NCBI GenBank assembly: GCA_031425235.1
Contig: JANPIZ010000004.1
Span: 66,251-130,250 of the forward strand
DNA from: Candidatus Nomurabacteria bacterium
Lineage (GTDB): Bacteria > Patescibacteriota > Minisyncoccia > Phycocordibacterales > UBA9973
Length of the DNA stretch: 64,000 nt
Reading direction: 5' to 3'
The notes beneath the pieces are model-generated. The model had not been told where the DNA came from and searched no databases. It saw nothing but the letters and a program-made list of their open reading frames with translations. Position 1 is the stretch's first letter; each line of letters opens with the position of its first letter. Shown in pieces: positions 8,808 through 18,563 of this stretch. The position numbers and the translations under genes are program-made.

Positions 8808-8926
8808 TAATAAAAAATTAAAAATCAAACTTTTAGCCGGTACAGATTTTTGAAGCTTCAAAAATCCTGAAGTTGGCTTGCCGCCCTCCGCCAAACCCCT
8901 TAAAAGTTTATTTTGATTTTTTTATT
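8808..8926 (+). repeat. Family C structured element, copy 1 (downstream of recA)
   Basis: Perfect palindrome GATTTTTGAAGCTTCAAAAATC (8845-8866) inside AT-rich inverted arms; homologous to 35880-35997. Confidence 0.75.
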
Positions 8927-8947
8927 TAAATTTGGTAGCATACCTTT

Positions 8948-9526
8948 ATGGCACAACTACAATATAACGAAATACGCGAAAAGAAGATCATTATTTACAG
9001 CGGCGAGCCCTGCGAAGTTGTCGAGTCACATGTGGCTCGTACTCAGCAACGTAAGCCCCAAAACCAGGTCAAATTGAAGAGTTTGATATCAGGTAAAACT
9101 ATTGCAGCCACTTTCCACGTTTCCGATTCTGCCGACGAAGCTGACATCGAGAAAAAGGATATTACATTCCTCTACCAGAACAAAGGTGAATACTGGTTCT
9201 GTGACCCTGAAGAAAAAAGTAAGCGATTCAAGCTTGATGAAAATCTTATTGGAAACTCAGGTAAATTCTTGAAACAAAATGGAAATGTGACTGCCCTCGT
9301 CTGGGACGATGATGATACTGAAAAAATAATTAAAATTAGTTTACCTATCAAAATGGAATTTTTGGTAAAAGAAGCTCCTCCTGCAGTCCGTGGTGATACC
9401 TCTAAAGGAGCAAACAAAATTATAACTCTGGAAAATGGCACAACCTTAAACGCTCCTATGTTTATAAGCGAAGGTGAAAGTATCCGAGTAAACACCGAAA
9501 CCGGCGAATACGTAGAGCGAGTTTAA
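8948..9526 (+). CDS. efp: Translation elongation factor P
   Basis: C-terminal PPAVRGDTSKGANKIITLENG...PMFISEGESIRVNTETGEYVERV signature. Confidence 0.93.
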   Translation: MAQLQYNEIREKKIIIYSGEPCEVVESHVARTQQRKPQNQVKLKSLISGKTIAATFHVSDSADEADIEKKDITFLYQNKGEYWFCDPEEKSKRFKLDENLIGNSGKFLKQNGNVTALVWDDDDTEKIIKISLPIKMEFLVKEAPPAVRGDTSKGANKIITLENGTTLNAPMFISEGESIRVNTETGEYVERV

Positions 9527-9544
9527 GCTAAAAACTAAACAAAT

Positions 9545-9571
9545 AAAAATCCCTCGTCTGAGGGATTTTTT
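9545..9571. terminator. Bidirectional terminator between efp and rpsR
   Basis: AAAATCCCTC-GTCT-GAGGGATTTTT. Confidence 0.85.
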
Positions 9572-9581
9572 GATTTTAAAT

Positions 9582-9782
9582 CTATCTGATTATAAATGGT
9601 AACAGTCCCATAAATCGTGCGTGCTTGATCGCATTTCCGAGGTTACGTTGGTTTTTAGCAGTGACCCCACTTCTCTTTCTATTCATGATCTTACCACTTG
9701 GATTCAAAAAACGCTTTAGAATCTCTATATCTTTGTAGTCTATATATTTTATATTGTTTGCTGAAAAGTAATCTTGTTTCAT
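9582..9782 (-). CDS. rpsR: 30S ribosomal protein S18
   Basis: IDYKD...L..F....GKI..R..SG..AK.QR....AIK.AR...LLPF. Confidence 0.97.
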   Translation of the reverse strand: MKQDYFSANNIKYIDYKDIEILKRFLNPSGKIMNRKRSGVTAKNQRNLGNAIKHARFMGLLPFIIR

Positions 9783-9809
9783 AGTATTTTGATTGATGAT
9801 TTGTAATTG

Positions 9810-10259
9810 TTAAAATGGAATGTCTTCAGGATTTATATCTTCTTCTGGGTACTCGATTGAATCAAGATCCTCATTTTCTGACTTTTGTGGTGAGCCACCT
9901 GCCTGGGTTGGGGTTCCTCCTCCTGTTCCCCCTCGTGGGCCAAATTGGGTACGATCAGCGATGATTTCAGTACGATACTTCTTCTCCCCGCTTCCCTTGT
10001 CTTCCCAACTTCGTGTTTGCATTCTTCCTTCAACAAGGATTGAGCTCCCCTTTTTCATGTACTGAGCCACTGTTTCAGCTTGGCGACCAAACACAACTAC
10101 GTTGTGATAATCAGCAGATTCTTGGCGACTACCGTTCTTGTCTTTCCAGACACGATTTGTAGCTAATGAGAAAGAACATACTTTAATACCAGAAGGAAGT
10201 GATTTTAATTCTGGGTCACGGGTTAGATTTCCTATTAATATTGCCTTGTTTAAATACAT
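9810..10259 (-). CDS. ssb: Single-stranded DNA-binding protein
   Basis: NKAILIGNLTRDPEL...VEGRMQTRSW; C-terminal EDIPF. Confidence 0.98.
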   Translation of the reverse strand: MYLNKAILIGNLTRDPELKSLPSGIKVCSFSLATNRVWKDKNGSRQESADYHNVVVFGRQAETVAQYMKKGSSILVEGRMQTRSWEDKGSGEKKYRTEIIADRTQFGPRGGTGGGTPTQAGGSPQKSENEDLDSIEYPEEDINPEDIPF

Positions 10260-10264
10260 ATATA

Positions 10265-10768
10265 TTATGAAATAAGTGCGTCGATTTCTTTATCAACTTC
10301 TTCTTTATTTATCGGAGCAGCCACTTCATCAGGTTTTTTGATATTCAAAGGTCTTTTGCCTACTCCCCGTCCGATAAACCTTTTTGTAGCAATAGTGTTT
10401 TCGCGAACAGTTTTTAATATTAAAAATCGAATGATGTTTGGATCGAGATCAAGTTGCTTTTTAAAAGCTAATATTCCTTCCGCATTCATAGTAAATTTTA
10501 TCCAGCCAAAGTACCCAGTGGTGAATTTATTGCGTATGTTATTGGTAACTTTTAGCATTTGATATGCGAGAGTCATCATTTTTGGCATTTCTTCTGAGAT
10601 AAATTCACCCTTGTATGTAGTAGTAATGAGCTCTTTGAGATCGCCCGCAACAGCCGGAACAGTACCCTCTTCAAGGGTAGGCACTAAAATATAGCCGAGT
10701 TCGTATACTTTGCCATTTGTACTGTCTTTTATTGGATTTTCTTCGCCGTTATTTTCACTTGCTTGCAT
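10265..10768 (-). CDS. rpsF: 30S ribosomal protein S6
   Basis: YEL.YIL.P...LAY...G.F...IIRFLILK; rpsF-ssb-rpsR synteny. Confidence 0.9.
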   Translation of the reverse strand: MQASENNGEENPIKDSTNGKVYELGYILVPTLEEGTVPAVAGDLKELITTTYKGEFISEEMPKMMTLAYQMLKVTNNIRNKFTTGYFGWIKFTMNAEGILAFKKQLDLDPNIIRFLILKTVRENTIATKRFIGRGVGKRPLNIKKPDEVAAPINKEEVDKEIDALIS

Positions 10769-10803
10769 GGCTCTTATACTAACAAAAAGTCTTTAAAAAG
10801 TAA

Positions 10804-10865
10804 ACCCCGTAGTGAATTTTGAAAAAAATATGGGTTTTAAACATTCTCAAAATCTACTACAGGGT
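10804..10865 (-). repeat. Family A element (62 bp); supplies the tatD stop codon
   Basis: ACCCCGTAGTGAATTTTGA...TCAAAATCTACTACAGGGT. Confidence 0.9.
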
Positions 10866-11693
10866 AAAGACTCGCTTGGCATTTGCAAGAATTACTGCCG
10901 CAGCTTCTTCCTCAGGAATGTTCTTCAGCAGGGCAATTTTCTTAACTACTTCTCGCACATGTACTGGTTCATTTCTTTTACCTCTGTGTGGCGCTGGAGT
11001 TACATACGGGCAATCGGTTTCGGTCATTATACTGTCTAAAGGGATAAACTTGATCACTTCATCGTAGTCAGTCGTAAAAGTAATAACTCCGGTAAAAGAT
11101 AGCGTAAAACCAAAATCCAAAAATGCTTGCGCTTCAGGGATACCGCCGGCAAAAAAATGCACATCGCCTTTGACCTTGGCATGTTGTTTTAAAATTTCGA
11201 GCGCATCAAAATATGCATTTTTACTTTTGTCTTTTGGATTGTTGCGAATATGAAGCATAATCGGTTTATTCACTTCGTTGGCAAGTTCTATTTGAGCTAT
11301 TAATGCAGCTTTCTGTTTATCGATTGATTCATCGTCCATCCGATAGTAGTCGAGCCCACATTCCCCTATGCCGAGCACTTTTGGGTGTTTTAAAAGTTCT
11401 CGGTATGCATCTCTATCAAACACTTCACCGCGTGACGTAAACTCTTTACCACCCTCGCCCAATTCTTTTGTGTCGTGATATGAAGCTCCTGTGTGAATCG
11501 GATGTAGTCCCACAATAGCATACACATGTTCTGGATACTCGCTGATCATCTCTACAGCCTTGCGTGATGTATCTATCTGCGTGCCAACATTGATCACGAT
11601 GGTATTGTTATCAAGCGCACGCTTCATAACTTCATCTCGATCAGCATCGAAAGCATTAAAATTCACATGTGAATGTATATCTATGTATTTCAT
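10857..11693 (-). CDS. tatD: TatD family DNase
   Basis: IDIHSH, GLHP, IGECGLDYY, LHIR, ETDCPY; start set at MKYIDIHSH. Confidence 0.93.
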   Translation of the reverse strand: MKYIDIHSHVNFNAFDADRDEVMKRALDNNTIVINVGTQIDTSRKAVEMISEYPEHVYAIVGLHPIHTGASYHDTKELGEGGKEFTSRGEVFDRDAYRELLKHPKVLGIGECGLDYYRMDDESIDKQKAALIAQIELANEVNKPIMLHIRNNPKDKSKNAYFDALEILKQHAKVKGDVHFFAGGIPEAQAFLDFGFTLSFTGVITFTTDYDEVIKFIPLDSIMTETDCPYVTPAPHRGKRNEPVHVREVVKKIALLKNIPEEEAAAVILANAKRVFTL

Positions 11694-11712
11694 AACAATT
11701 CTTGCTAATCTT

Positions 11713-11976
11713 CTATTGCTTTGATCCTGGTTTATTAATATCCCTCGCAAAAGAATTTAATGTAGTTAACTTTAGAAAAGGTGCCATGTCGCTTTGATCA
11801 ATATATGTTAAAACTTTATTTTCAATAAAAGGGTCGCGAGTCATCATTGTAACTAATTCAGAGTAAGGGATCTTGTATTCCTCCACACCTTTAAGATTTA
11901 CTATCTGTTCTAAAGTAGTTTCTAAGTTCTCCAATATCTCCTTTGAATATGCATGTACATTAAGTCCTTCTTCCAT
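11713..11976 (-). CDS. Hypothetical protein
   Basis: 87-aa ORF filling the gap between metG and tatD on the same strand. Confidence 0.55.
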   Translation of the reverse strand: MEEGLNVHAYSKEILENLETTLEQIVNLKGVEEYKIPYSELVTMMTRDPFIENKVLTYIDQSDMAPFLKLTTLNSFARDINKPGSKQ

Positions 11977-11987
11977 AAAATTAGAAT

Positions 11988-13427
11988 TTATTCCTTACGT
12001 AAAAATAATGGTGCTTCAGGTTTTTTATTTTCTTTAATTAATTTTTTTATCTTTTCTGAAGTCTCGGGAAGTATCGGATTAAGCATTCTTCCTATTTGGT
12101 ATAAACGAACTACCATATTTGAAATCAATTCTTTACCTTTTTCAACATCCACTTTTACTACTTTAAATGGTTCGGTTTCTTGTATAAATTTGTCTAGCGC
12201 TCCTACCTCATTCCAAATAAATTCGGTGGCTTGCTTCACATCAAACTCTTCAAAGAAATTAAAATATCGAGTAAAATCAGACTTTTCTGGGATCTCTGGA
12301 GTTTTATCCAAATACTTTTCCGACAACGTCAAAATACGTGAAGTTAGGTTACCCAAACCATTCGCAAGTCCTGAATTATAGGAATCTTTAAATCGCTCCA
12401 TGGTAAATGGACTATCATCAAAGGGAGAAATTTCACGCAGTAAAAAATACCTCAGTGCATCAGTTCCGTATTCTTTGACCACATCTATAGGATTTATGAC
12501 ATTACCTAATGACTTCGACATTCTAATGCCTCCTTCTCCTGTTATAAATCCATGATAAATAATCTTATCAGTGGTGGCCAAACCCGCAGACATCAGCATC
12601 CCCTGCCACATGACTGACTGGAATTTAACCATATCTTTCCCCGCGGTTTGAATGTGTTCTCCTTGCTCCCAGAATTTTTCAAACTTTTCTTTATTGTTCG
12701 GCCAACCAAGAGTAGATATGTAATTCACTAAGGCGTCGAACCATACGTACATGATTTGGGTATCGTCCCCCGGCACTGGTATGCCCCAGTTAAAACGTTC
12801 CACACTACGAGATATGGAAAAGTCTTCCATGGCATTTCCAACAAAATCGAGCGCTTCTTGTCGTCGCCATTCTGGAAGAATTGAATTTATGTTACCTAAA
12901 TACGCAAGCAATTCAGTTCTATATTTACTTAACCTAAAAAAATAATTCTCTTCTTCGATCATTTCCGGTGTGAGCGTGGGATGAAACTCACACTTACCAT
13001 CTATCAAATCTTTTTCGGTGATGAATTTTTCACATCCTACGCAATACAACCCTTTATATTTCTTTTTGTAAATATCTCCGCGTGCGTCGCACAGACGCCA
13101 AAATTCTTGGGCGGCTTTTACGTGTTCTTCGTCGGTAGTTCTAATAAAATTGTCGCTCGAAATATTTAATACTCGTCCAAGTTCCTTATATATTCGAGCA
13201 TAATTATCTACGTATTCCTGCACAGGTTTACCTTGGTTTTGCGCAGCTTCCCAAATCTTTTGACCGTGTTCGTCTGTGCCTGTGGTGAAAAAAACGTCTC
13301 GCCCGACCAATCGATGATATCGTGCAATAGCATCTGACTGCACGAGCTCGAGCGCAAAGCCAATATGGGGATCAGCATTTACATAAGGTATTGTTGTAGT
13401 TATATAAAAACTTTTCTTTTCTATCAT
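11988..13427 (-). CDS. metG: Methionyl-tRNA synthetase, short form
   Basis: YITTTIPYVNADPHIGF, GTDEHGQKI, YVWFDAL, RMSKSLGN. Confidence 0.97.
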   Translation of the reverse strand: MIEKKSFYITTTIPYVNADPHIGFALELVQSDAIARYHRLVGRDVFFTTGTDEHGQKIWEAAQNQGKPVQEYVDNYARIYKELGRVLNISSDNFIRTTDEEHVKAAQEFWRLCDARGDIYKKKYKGLYCVGCEKFITEKDLIDGKCEFHPTLTPEMIEEENYFFRLSKYRTELLAYLGNINSILPEWRRQEALDFVGNAMEDFSISRSVERFNWGIPVPGDDTQIMYVWFDALVNYISTLGWPNNKEKFEKFWEQGEHIQTAGKDMVKFQSVMWQGMLMSAGLATTDKIIYHGFITGEGGIRMSKSLGNVINPIDVVKEYGTDALRYFLLREISPFDDSPFTMERFKDSYNSGLANGLGNLTSRILTLSEKYLDKTPEIPEKSDFTRYFNFFEEFDVKQATEFIWNEVGALDKFIQETEPFKVVKVDVEKGKELISNMVVRLYQIGRMLNPILPETSEKIKKLIKENKKPEAPLFLRKE

Positions 13428-13433
13428 AATTAT

Positions 13434-14504
13434 TTATTTTTGGGTTCTAGCTAAAATTTTATCTTTTTCAATGTCACTCAAAAATTCCATGATAACCACT
13501 GTTGCCGGAATTGCAAGCACAAGCCCCCACACACCGTCTAGCTCGAAACCTATGAGTGCCGCGAGGATAATAACAATTGGTGACAAACCCACAACCTTGT
13601 TGATAACGAGCGGAGAAAGTAAGAAAACTTCAAACTCATGAATGATCAGGTATGCACCAGCCACCATGAGCGAACTCGTAACTCCCCCGGACAGGTACGC
13701 AAAGGAAACCGCGGGAATAATCGCAATCAAAATACCATATGGGATAAGTTCCATGACTCCGGCTATGATCGCTAACAAGAGCGCATATTGAATACCAAGA
13801 AGAGAAAGTACAAGATACGTCAGCACAGTAATAATAAGAGCAAGTAACAACTGACCCTTGACCCACAAGGCTATTTTCCTGCGTGAACGCTCCCATAGAT
13901 CAACCACATAATCTTCATACCGGATTGGGAAAATAATTCGCAAGAAATTTTCTATACCCTTTTCTTGAATCGACAGATAGAAAGAAATCAAAATGATGAG
14001 CATGAAATTAACAAGTCCTCCAAAGATAACAGATAGAGTTTGGAAAAAGCCTGCTGAAAGATTTGTCACGAATGCTTTGGAAACAGACATGAGTGAAGTA
14101 AGAGAGAAATCGTTTGAAAGAGTGCCTACAATATCTTTAGCTCCCGAAAATGCTTCATTGTGGAAATAATCCAAGAAGGCTACTCCTGGAATATACAGAG
14201 AGATAAATGATGAAAAATTATATAATTCCGTAATGAGCAGTGGCGCAAAGAGGTAAAATAACGCAGCTAAAACAAGTAGTGAAGTTGTATACAATGTTAC
14301 AATCCCGAGTACCCGACCAACACCAATTTTCCTAAAATGAGGCACTGCAGACTCGACAAAAGACGCTATCACAATGGATGTCAAAATAACAAGAATAATA
14401 TCTCTTAAAAACCAAACCAACACAAAAGCGAGAGCAACTAAAAATACTCGTAGAATCGTTTCAGTAGATATGGAAATACGTGTTACGGACGATTTTTCAA
14501 ACAT
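13434..14504 (-). CDS. AI-2E family transporter
   Basis: Multi-TM protein; GQLLLA...ELIPYG...LSPLVINKVVGLSP...GVWGLVLAIP pattern. Confidence 0.88.
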   Translation of the reverse strand: MFEKSSVTRISISTETILRVFLVALAFVLVWFLRDIILVILTSIVIASFVESAVPHFRKIGVGRVLGIVTLYTTSLLVLAALFYLFAPLLITELYNFSSFISLYIPGVAFLDYFHNEAFSGAKDIVGTLSNDFSLTSLMSVSKAFVTNLSAGFFQTLSVIFGGLVNFMLIILISFYLSIQEKGIENFLRIIFPIRYEDYVVDLWERSRRKIALWVKGQLLLALIITVLTYLVLSLLGIQYALLLAIIAGVMELIPYGILIAIIPAVSFAYLSGGVTSSLMVAGAYLIIHEFEVFLLSPLVINKVVGLSPIVIILAALIGFELDGVWGLVLAIPATVVIMEFLSDIEKDKILARTQK

Positions 14505-14548
14505 ATATTAATGATACCAAAAAAGACCTTAAATATCTATATACGAGG

Positions 14549-15817
14549 TTAAAATTTGAGAAGTTTTGTAAACTGATCTTCTTTTTTAAATGGACCAATG
14601 AGCGCCAAATTTAAGCCTTTATTGTTAAATATCTGTTTTGCTAACGTTTGAATTTGAGTTGCCGTCACTTTACGTATTGCTTTTGCTTTTTCTTCAGCTT
14701 GTTTTATCTTTCGTTTTAAAAGCTCCTGACCGCCGTAAAAGTTGGCGATATCGTCGCTTGATTCGAGCGAAAGCTTCATGTTCCCTATCAGGCATTCTTT
14801 TACTTTATGTAATTCCTCTTCAGTGACTTTAAATTTCTTTAATTTTTTACATTCTTCGATAACTGCGTACAGCACTTCTTCGATTCTTTTATTATCAACG
14901 CCCGCCGAAATTTGAAAAAATCCATGATCGGTATAGGCGTCGTTGTAAGCACGAACATAGTATCCTACTCCCATCTCTTCGCGAAGACGCTGGAAAAGCC
15001 GGGAGCTCATGCCTCCCCCGAGTATTCCACTGAGCACTGACAGCGTGGTCGCATATGTGCTAAAAATATCATATGTACGAACACCAAGCACAAAATGCGT
15101 CTGATCAGTTTGCTTGAATTTTACCAGAACTTCTGGTTTGTGTTGAACTTCTTTTACCTTTATTTTTGATGCTTTTTTGTCGTTTTTGACGTCTTTAAAA
15201 ACCTTGTTCACCTCTTTTATAACTTCAGCCGGTGTGACCTTACCAGCAACTACGATAAGTGTCGCTTTAGGTACATAGTGTTCGTTTTTATATTTCACAA
15301 AATCATCTCGCTTCATATCCAAAATATTCTGCCTCTCCCCTGCAATATTCCAACCAGCAGGGGTGTCGCCGTACAGCAACTTCATCATAAGATCCTGCAC
15401 ATGTCGCTGGGGCATGTCTTCGTACATATTTATTTCTTCTATAATCACGCCTTTTTCTTTTTCAATTTCTGCATCGGGAAAAGTCGAATTCAAATAAATA
15501 TCCGACACAATATCAAATACTTGTTTGAAATGTTTGGCGCTCGACTTGGCGTAGTACCCAGTGTATTCTTGCGCGGTAAACGCATTGTACTGACTGCCGA
15601 GTGCGTCGAGCTCTTTTGATATGTCGATCCCTTTCGGCCTCTTGGTCGTACCCTTGAAACACATATGTTCTAGAAAATGCGATATACCATTTATTTTTTT
15701 CTCTTCGTATTTTGATCCAGTTTCTACGAGCACAAGCACAGTCACTGTCGGATTATCTTTCATCGGCACCGTCACCACGCGGAGTCCATTTTTTAAAACT
15801 TTTTTACTGTATTTCAT
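14549..15817 (-). CDS. M16 family zinc peptidase
   Basis: GISHFLEHMCFKGT (HxxEH), NAFT, MSSRLFQRLREE. Confidence 0.95.
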   Translation of the reverse strand: MKYSKKVLKNGLRVVTVPMKDNPTVTVLVLVETGSKYEEKKINGISHFLEHMCFKGTTKRPKGIDISKELDALGSQYNAFTAQEYTGYYAKSSAKHFKQVFDIVSDIYLNSTFPDAEIEKEKGVIIEEINMYEDMPQRHVQDLMMKLLYGDTPAGWNIAGERQNILDMKRDDFVKYKNEHYVPKATLIVVAGKVTPAEVIKEVNKVFKDVKNDKKASKIKVKEVQHKPEVLVKFKQTDQTHFVLGVRTYDIFSTYATTLSVLSGILGGGMSSRLFQRLREEMGVGYYVRAYNDAYTDHGFFQISAGVDNKRIEEVLYAVIEECKKLKKFKVTEEELHKVKECLIGNMKLSLESSDDIANFYGGQELLKRKIKQAEEKAKAIRKVTATQIQTLAKQIFNNKGLNLALIGPFKKEDQFTKLLKF

Positions 15818-15829
15818 TTGATTTCATAT

Positions 15830-16258
15830 TTATAATTTACCTTTATATTTTTTTAAAAATCCCTCCATCGTCGAGTGTTGCGGCAAAGGCATATTTTCTA
15901 ACGTATACCATTTCACTGCATCGAATTTGTGCGGCTCACCATTTCTAACCTTATCTGGGTCGACGAGAACCTTGAAATCAAGTGCGGTCCAGTGCAATTT
16001 TTGACCATTTTCTTCCTTTATAACGTCCCTATAACCCAAGAATTCATAGTCTAGCACATCAGTGCAATATTCCTCTTTGATTTCGTTTTTTAACGTATCG
16101 ACGACCGTATCACCAAACTCAAGCCCACCTCCGCCAATATCCCAGCGACCATGTTCATCGCGACAATTCTCACTCCGTTTACTAAACACAACGTTCCCCT
16201 TACCATCGTGGCAAAAATATACAACAGCGATTCCTACATGATCAATTCCTTTTTGCAT
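15830..16258 (-). CDS. NUDIX hydrolase
   Basis: WDIGGGGLEFGDTVVDTLKNEIKEE Nudix box; start set at MQKG. Confidence 0.88.
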   Translation of the reverse strand: MQKGIDHVGIAVVYFCHDGKGNVVFSKRSENCRDEHGRWDIGGGGLEFGDTVVDTLKNEIKEEYCTDVLDYEFLGYRDVIKEENGQKLHWTALDFKVLVDPDKVRNGEPHKFDAVKWYTLENMPLPQHSTMEGFLKKYKGKL

Positions 16259-16259
16259 A

Positions 16260-17261
16260 TTATTTTGGCGGATGTTTAAAAAATTCATAAGTCAATTGTG
16301 TATTAGGTGACTCACTAGCTGATATTTTTTTCCAACCCATATAGGCTAATTTTTTCAAAGACCCTTTACCATATATTTTTTCAATAATACGTAAATGCAT
16401 CATCTCCCCCGTAATTTGACCTCTTTTTATGTCTCGCCAAACATCTTCTTTCGAAATCTTTTTTGTTTTGGCTATATGTTTTACTATTTGTTCAACTGTA
16501 TCAAGAAAAAGTTTATGTCCTGCATTTTTTTTAAGAAAAAAATGGAATAAATTTTTTGTTACAAAATTTTTGCCAAATTTTTTAGAAATTATATCAAGTT
16601 CGTTTTTCATAGTTACCGCTTCATCAAAACCAAGAAAGTAATCTGTGCCATTCGTACCGTGCTTATCATATTTATCTTTTCCCATAAAATGATATCCGCA
16701 ACGATAATAAGTTACTTCATTTTTTTCTATTATATATTTGTGATATGAAACTTTATGTGTAATCTCATGTATTAGACTATTGATATACGCTAAGCTAGTT
16801 TTTTCTTTATATTTAAAGATCGTGGCTGTAAGGACTACCTTAATCTTCTCGGCAAAATTTAACTTTTCTTGTTTCAGAATCATAATTTGATCTGTTGGCA
16901 CAGAGTATCCGCCACCACGATTGTGCGATAAACGATTAAAAAAATGTACTTCATCCTCAGTAATAGAAAAATTCTTTTCTAGGCCCAATTCTTTTAATTC
17001 CTCTTGAACAAGACTAACTGCGTCTCGAATAGTTTCTTTATCCTCTGCAGATGCTCGTATCTCTATTTGGTCCACATGCTTATCAAAACTGCTAAATCCC
17101 GAATTTTGTTTTTTTACTTTGTTTAATAGTTCTGTTGCCTGTTTCTTTTTTTGAGCATCTTGTTCACTCAAAACCGAAGGTTCCGGGTCAGGGTTTTTCC
17201 CCTCTTTTATTGCCTGCTTTCGTTCCTCTCTTCTTGGAATAAGAAAATTATATTCTTCCAT
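16260..17261 (-). CDS. Hypothetical protein with HExxH zincin motif
   Basis: LIHEITHK followed by FDEAVT (gluzincin-like third ligand). Confidence 0.6.
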   Translation of the reverse strand: MEEYNFLIPRREERKQAIKEGKNPDPEPSVLSEQDAQKKKQATELLNKVKKQNSGFSSFDKHVDQIEIRASAEDKETIRDAVSLVQEELKELGLEKNFSITEDEVHFFNRLSHNRGGGYSVPTDQIMILKQEKLNFAEKIKVVLTATIFKYKEKTSLAYINSLIHEITHKVSYHKYIIEKNEVTYYRCGYHFMGKDKYDKHGTNGTDYFLGFDEAVTMKNELDIISKKFGKNFVTKNLFHFFLKKNAGHKLFLDTVEQIVKHIAKTKKISKEDVWRDIKRGQITGEMMHLRIIEKIYGKGSLKKLAYMGWKKISASESPNTQLTYEFFKHPPK

Positions 17262-18560
17262 TTAGATTCTCTCTTTTATATATTTTTCTAAATCGCTCAC
17301 CTGTATTCTTGTCTGCTCTCCGGTATCTCGGTCACGGACTGTTACCGTATCATCTTCTAACGTATCAAAATCGATAACAATACAAAATGGTGTACCTATT
17401 TCATCCTGGCGACGATACCGCTTGCCTATGTTTCCATTATCATCCCACGCCACCCGGCCGAATTCGGATTTGAGTGCACCATGCACGAGCCGTGCTTTAT
17501 CTACGAGTTCAGCCTTGTTTTTAAGAAGTGGGGACACAGCGCATACGACAGGAGCCATGTTTGCTTTTAAGGCAAGATACGCTCGAGTTTCTCCATTTTT
17601 TTCATCCTCTTTGTATGCCGACACGAGGAGGGCAAGTAACATCCGATCCACACCCATCGATGGTTCGATAACATGTGGTACTATCTTTGTTTTATTTTCT
17701 TCATCAAGATAATTAAGCTTATGATTGTCTAAATCAAAGCTACCTCGATATGCCAACCCTAAAAGTTCTTTTTGCCCGAAAGGAAATTCGAATTCGAAAT
17801 CAATAGTTCGTTTTGAGTAGTGTGCCCTGTCGGCATCACCTATTTCAATTTCATGAAGGCGTGACATGTCGAGTCCGAGCTCTTCCACAAATTCAAGTAC
17901 GCTATCCTTCCAATATGTAAAATATTTATCCCAATCAGCTTCACGTATAAAATATTCCACTTCCATTTGTTCGAGTTCTCGCACACGAAACACAAAATCA
18001 CGAGGAGTTATTTCATTTCGAAACGCTTTACCTATTTGAGCAATACCAAAAGGAAGTTTTGGATGAAATGAATCAACCACATTTTTGAAATTTACAAATA
18101 CCCCTTGTGCGGTTTCAGGACGCAAATATACAGTGGCGGAGGAATCTTCCATAGCGCCTATTTGTGTTGCAAACATCATATTGAATTGCCTCGCCTCTCC
18201 AAGAGCTCCATTACAATCAGGGCATTTTTTAACATCTTCGAGTTGATCAGCACGGAAGCGATGCTGGCACTTGCTGCACTCTACAAGCGGATCAGAAAAC
18301 CCAGCCACATGTCCTGAGGCTTCCCATACTTTCGAATTCATAAGAATTGCAGCATCTACTTCATACATATCGTCACGAGAAGAAACAAATTTCTTCCTCC
18401 ATGCTTCCTTTATGTTATTCTTGAGTGCTACACCAAGCGGGCCATAATCCCATGTACCTGCAAGCCCACCATATATTTCAGAACCTTGAAAAATAAAGCC
18501 GCGTCTTTTACAAAGCGAAACTATCTTTTCCATTAATTCATTTTTTTCTTTATGTTGCAT
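17262..18560 (-). CDS. glyQS: Glycyl-tRNA synthetase, alpha2 type
   Basis: CKRRGF...EIYGG, YLRPETAQG, GKAFRNEITPR, IGKRYRRQDEIGTP. Confidence 0.97.
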   Translation of the reverse strand: MQHKEKNELMEKIVSLCKRRGFIFQGSEIYGGLAGTWDYGPLGVALKNNIKEAWRKKFVSSRDDMYEVDAAILMNSKVWEASGHVAGFSDPLVECSKCQHRFRADQLEDVKKCPDCNGALGEARQFNMMFATQIGAMEDSSATVYLRPETAQGVFVNFKNVVDSFHPKLPFGIAQIGKAFRNEITPRDFVFRVRELEQMEVEYFIREADWDKYFTYWKDSVLEFVEELGLDMSRLHEIEIGDADRAHYSKRTIDFEFEFPFGQKELLGLAYRGSFDLDNHKLNYLDEENKTKIVPHVIEPSMGVDRMLLALLVSAYKEDEKNGETRAYLALKANMAPVVCAVSPLLKNKAELVDKARLVHGALKSEFGRVAWDDNGNIGKRYRRQDEIGTPFCIVIDFDTLEDDTVTVRDRDTGEQTRIQVSDLEKYIKERI

Positions 18561-18563
18561 ATA

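Noticed and set aside
8616-8894. Antisense ORFs sharing [13 protein letters not shown] (also 23403..23744 and 5022..5237)
   Set aside because: This is the reverse-strand reading of the family B element, not a protein family
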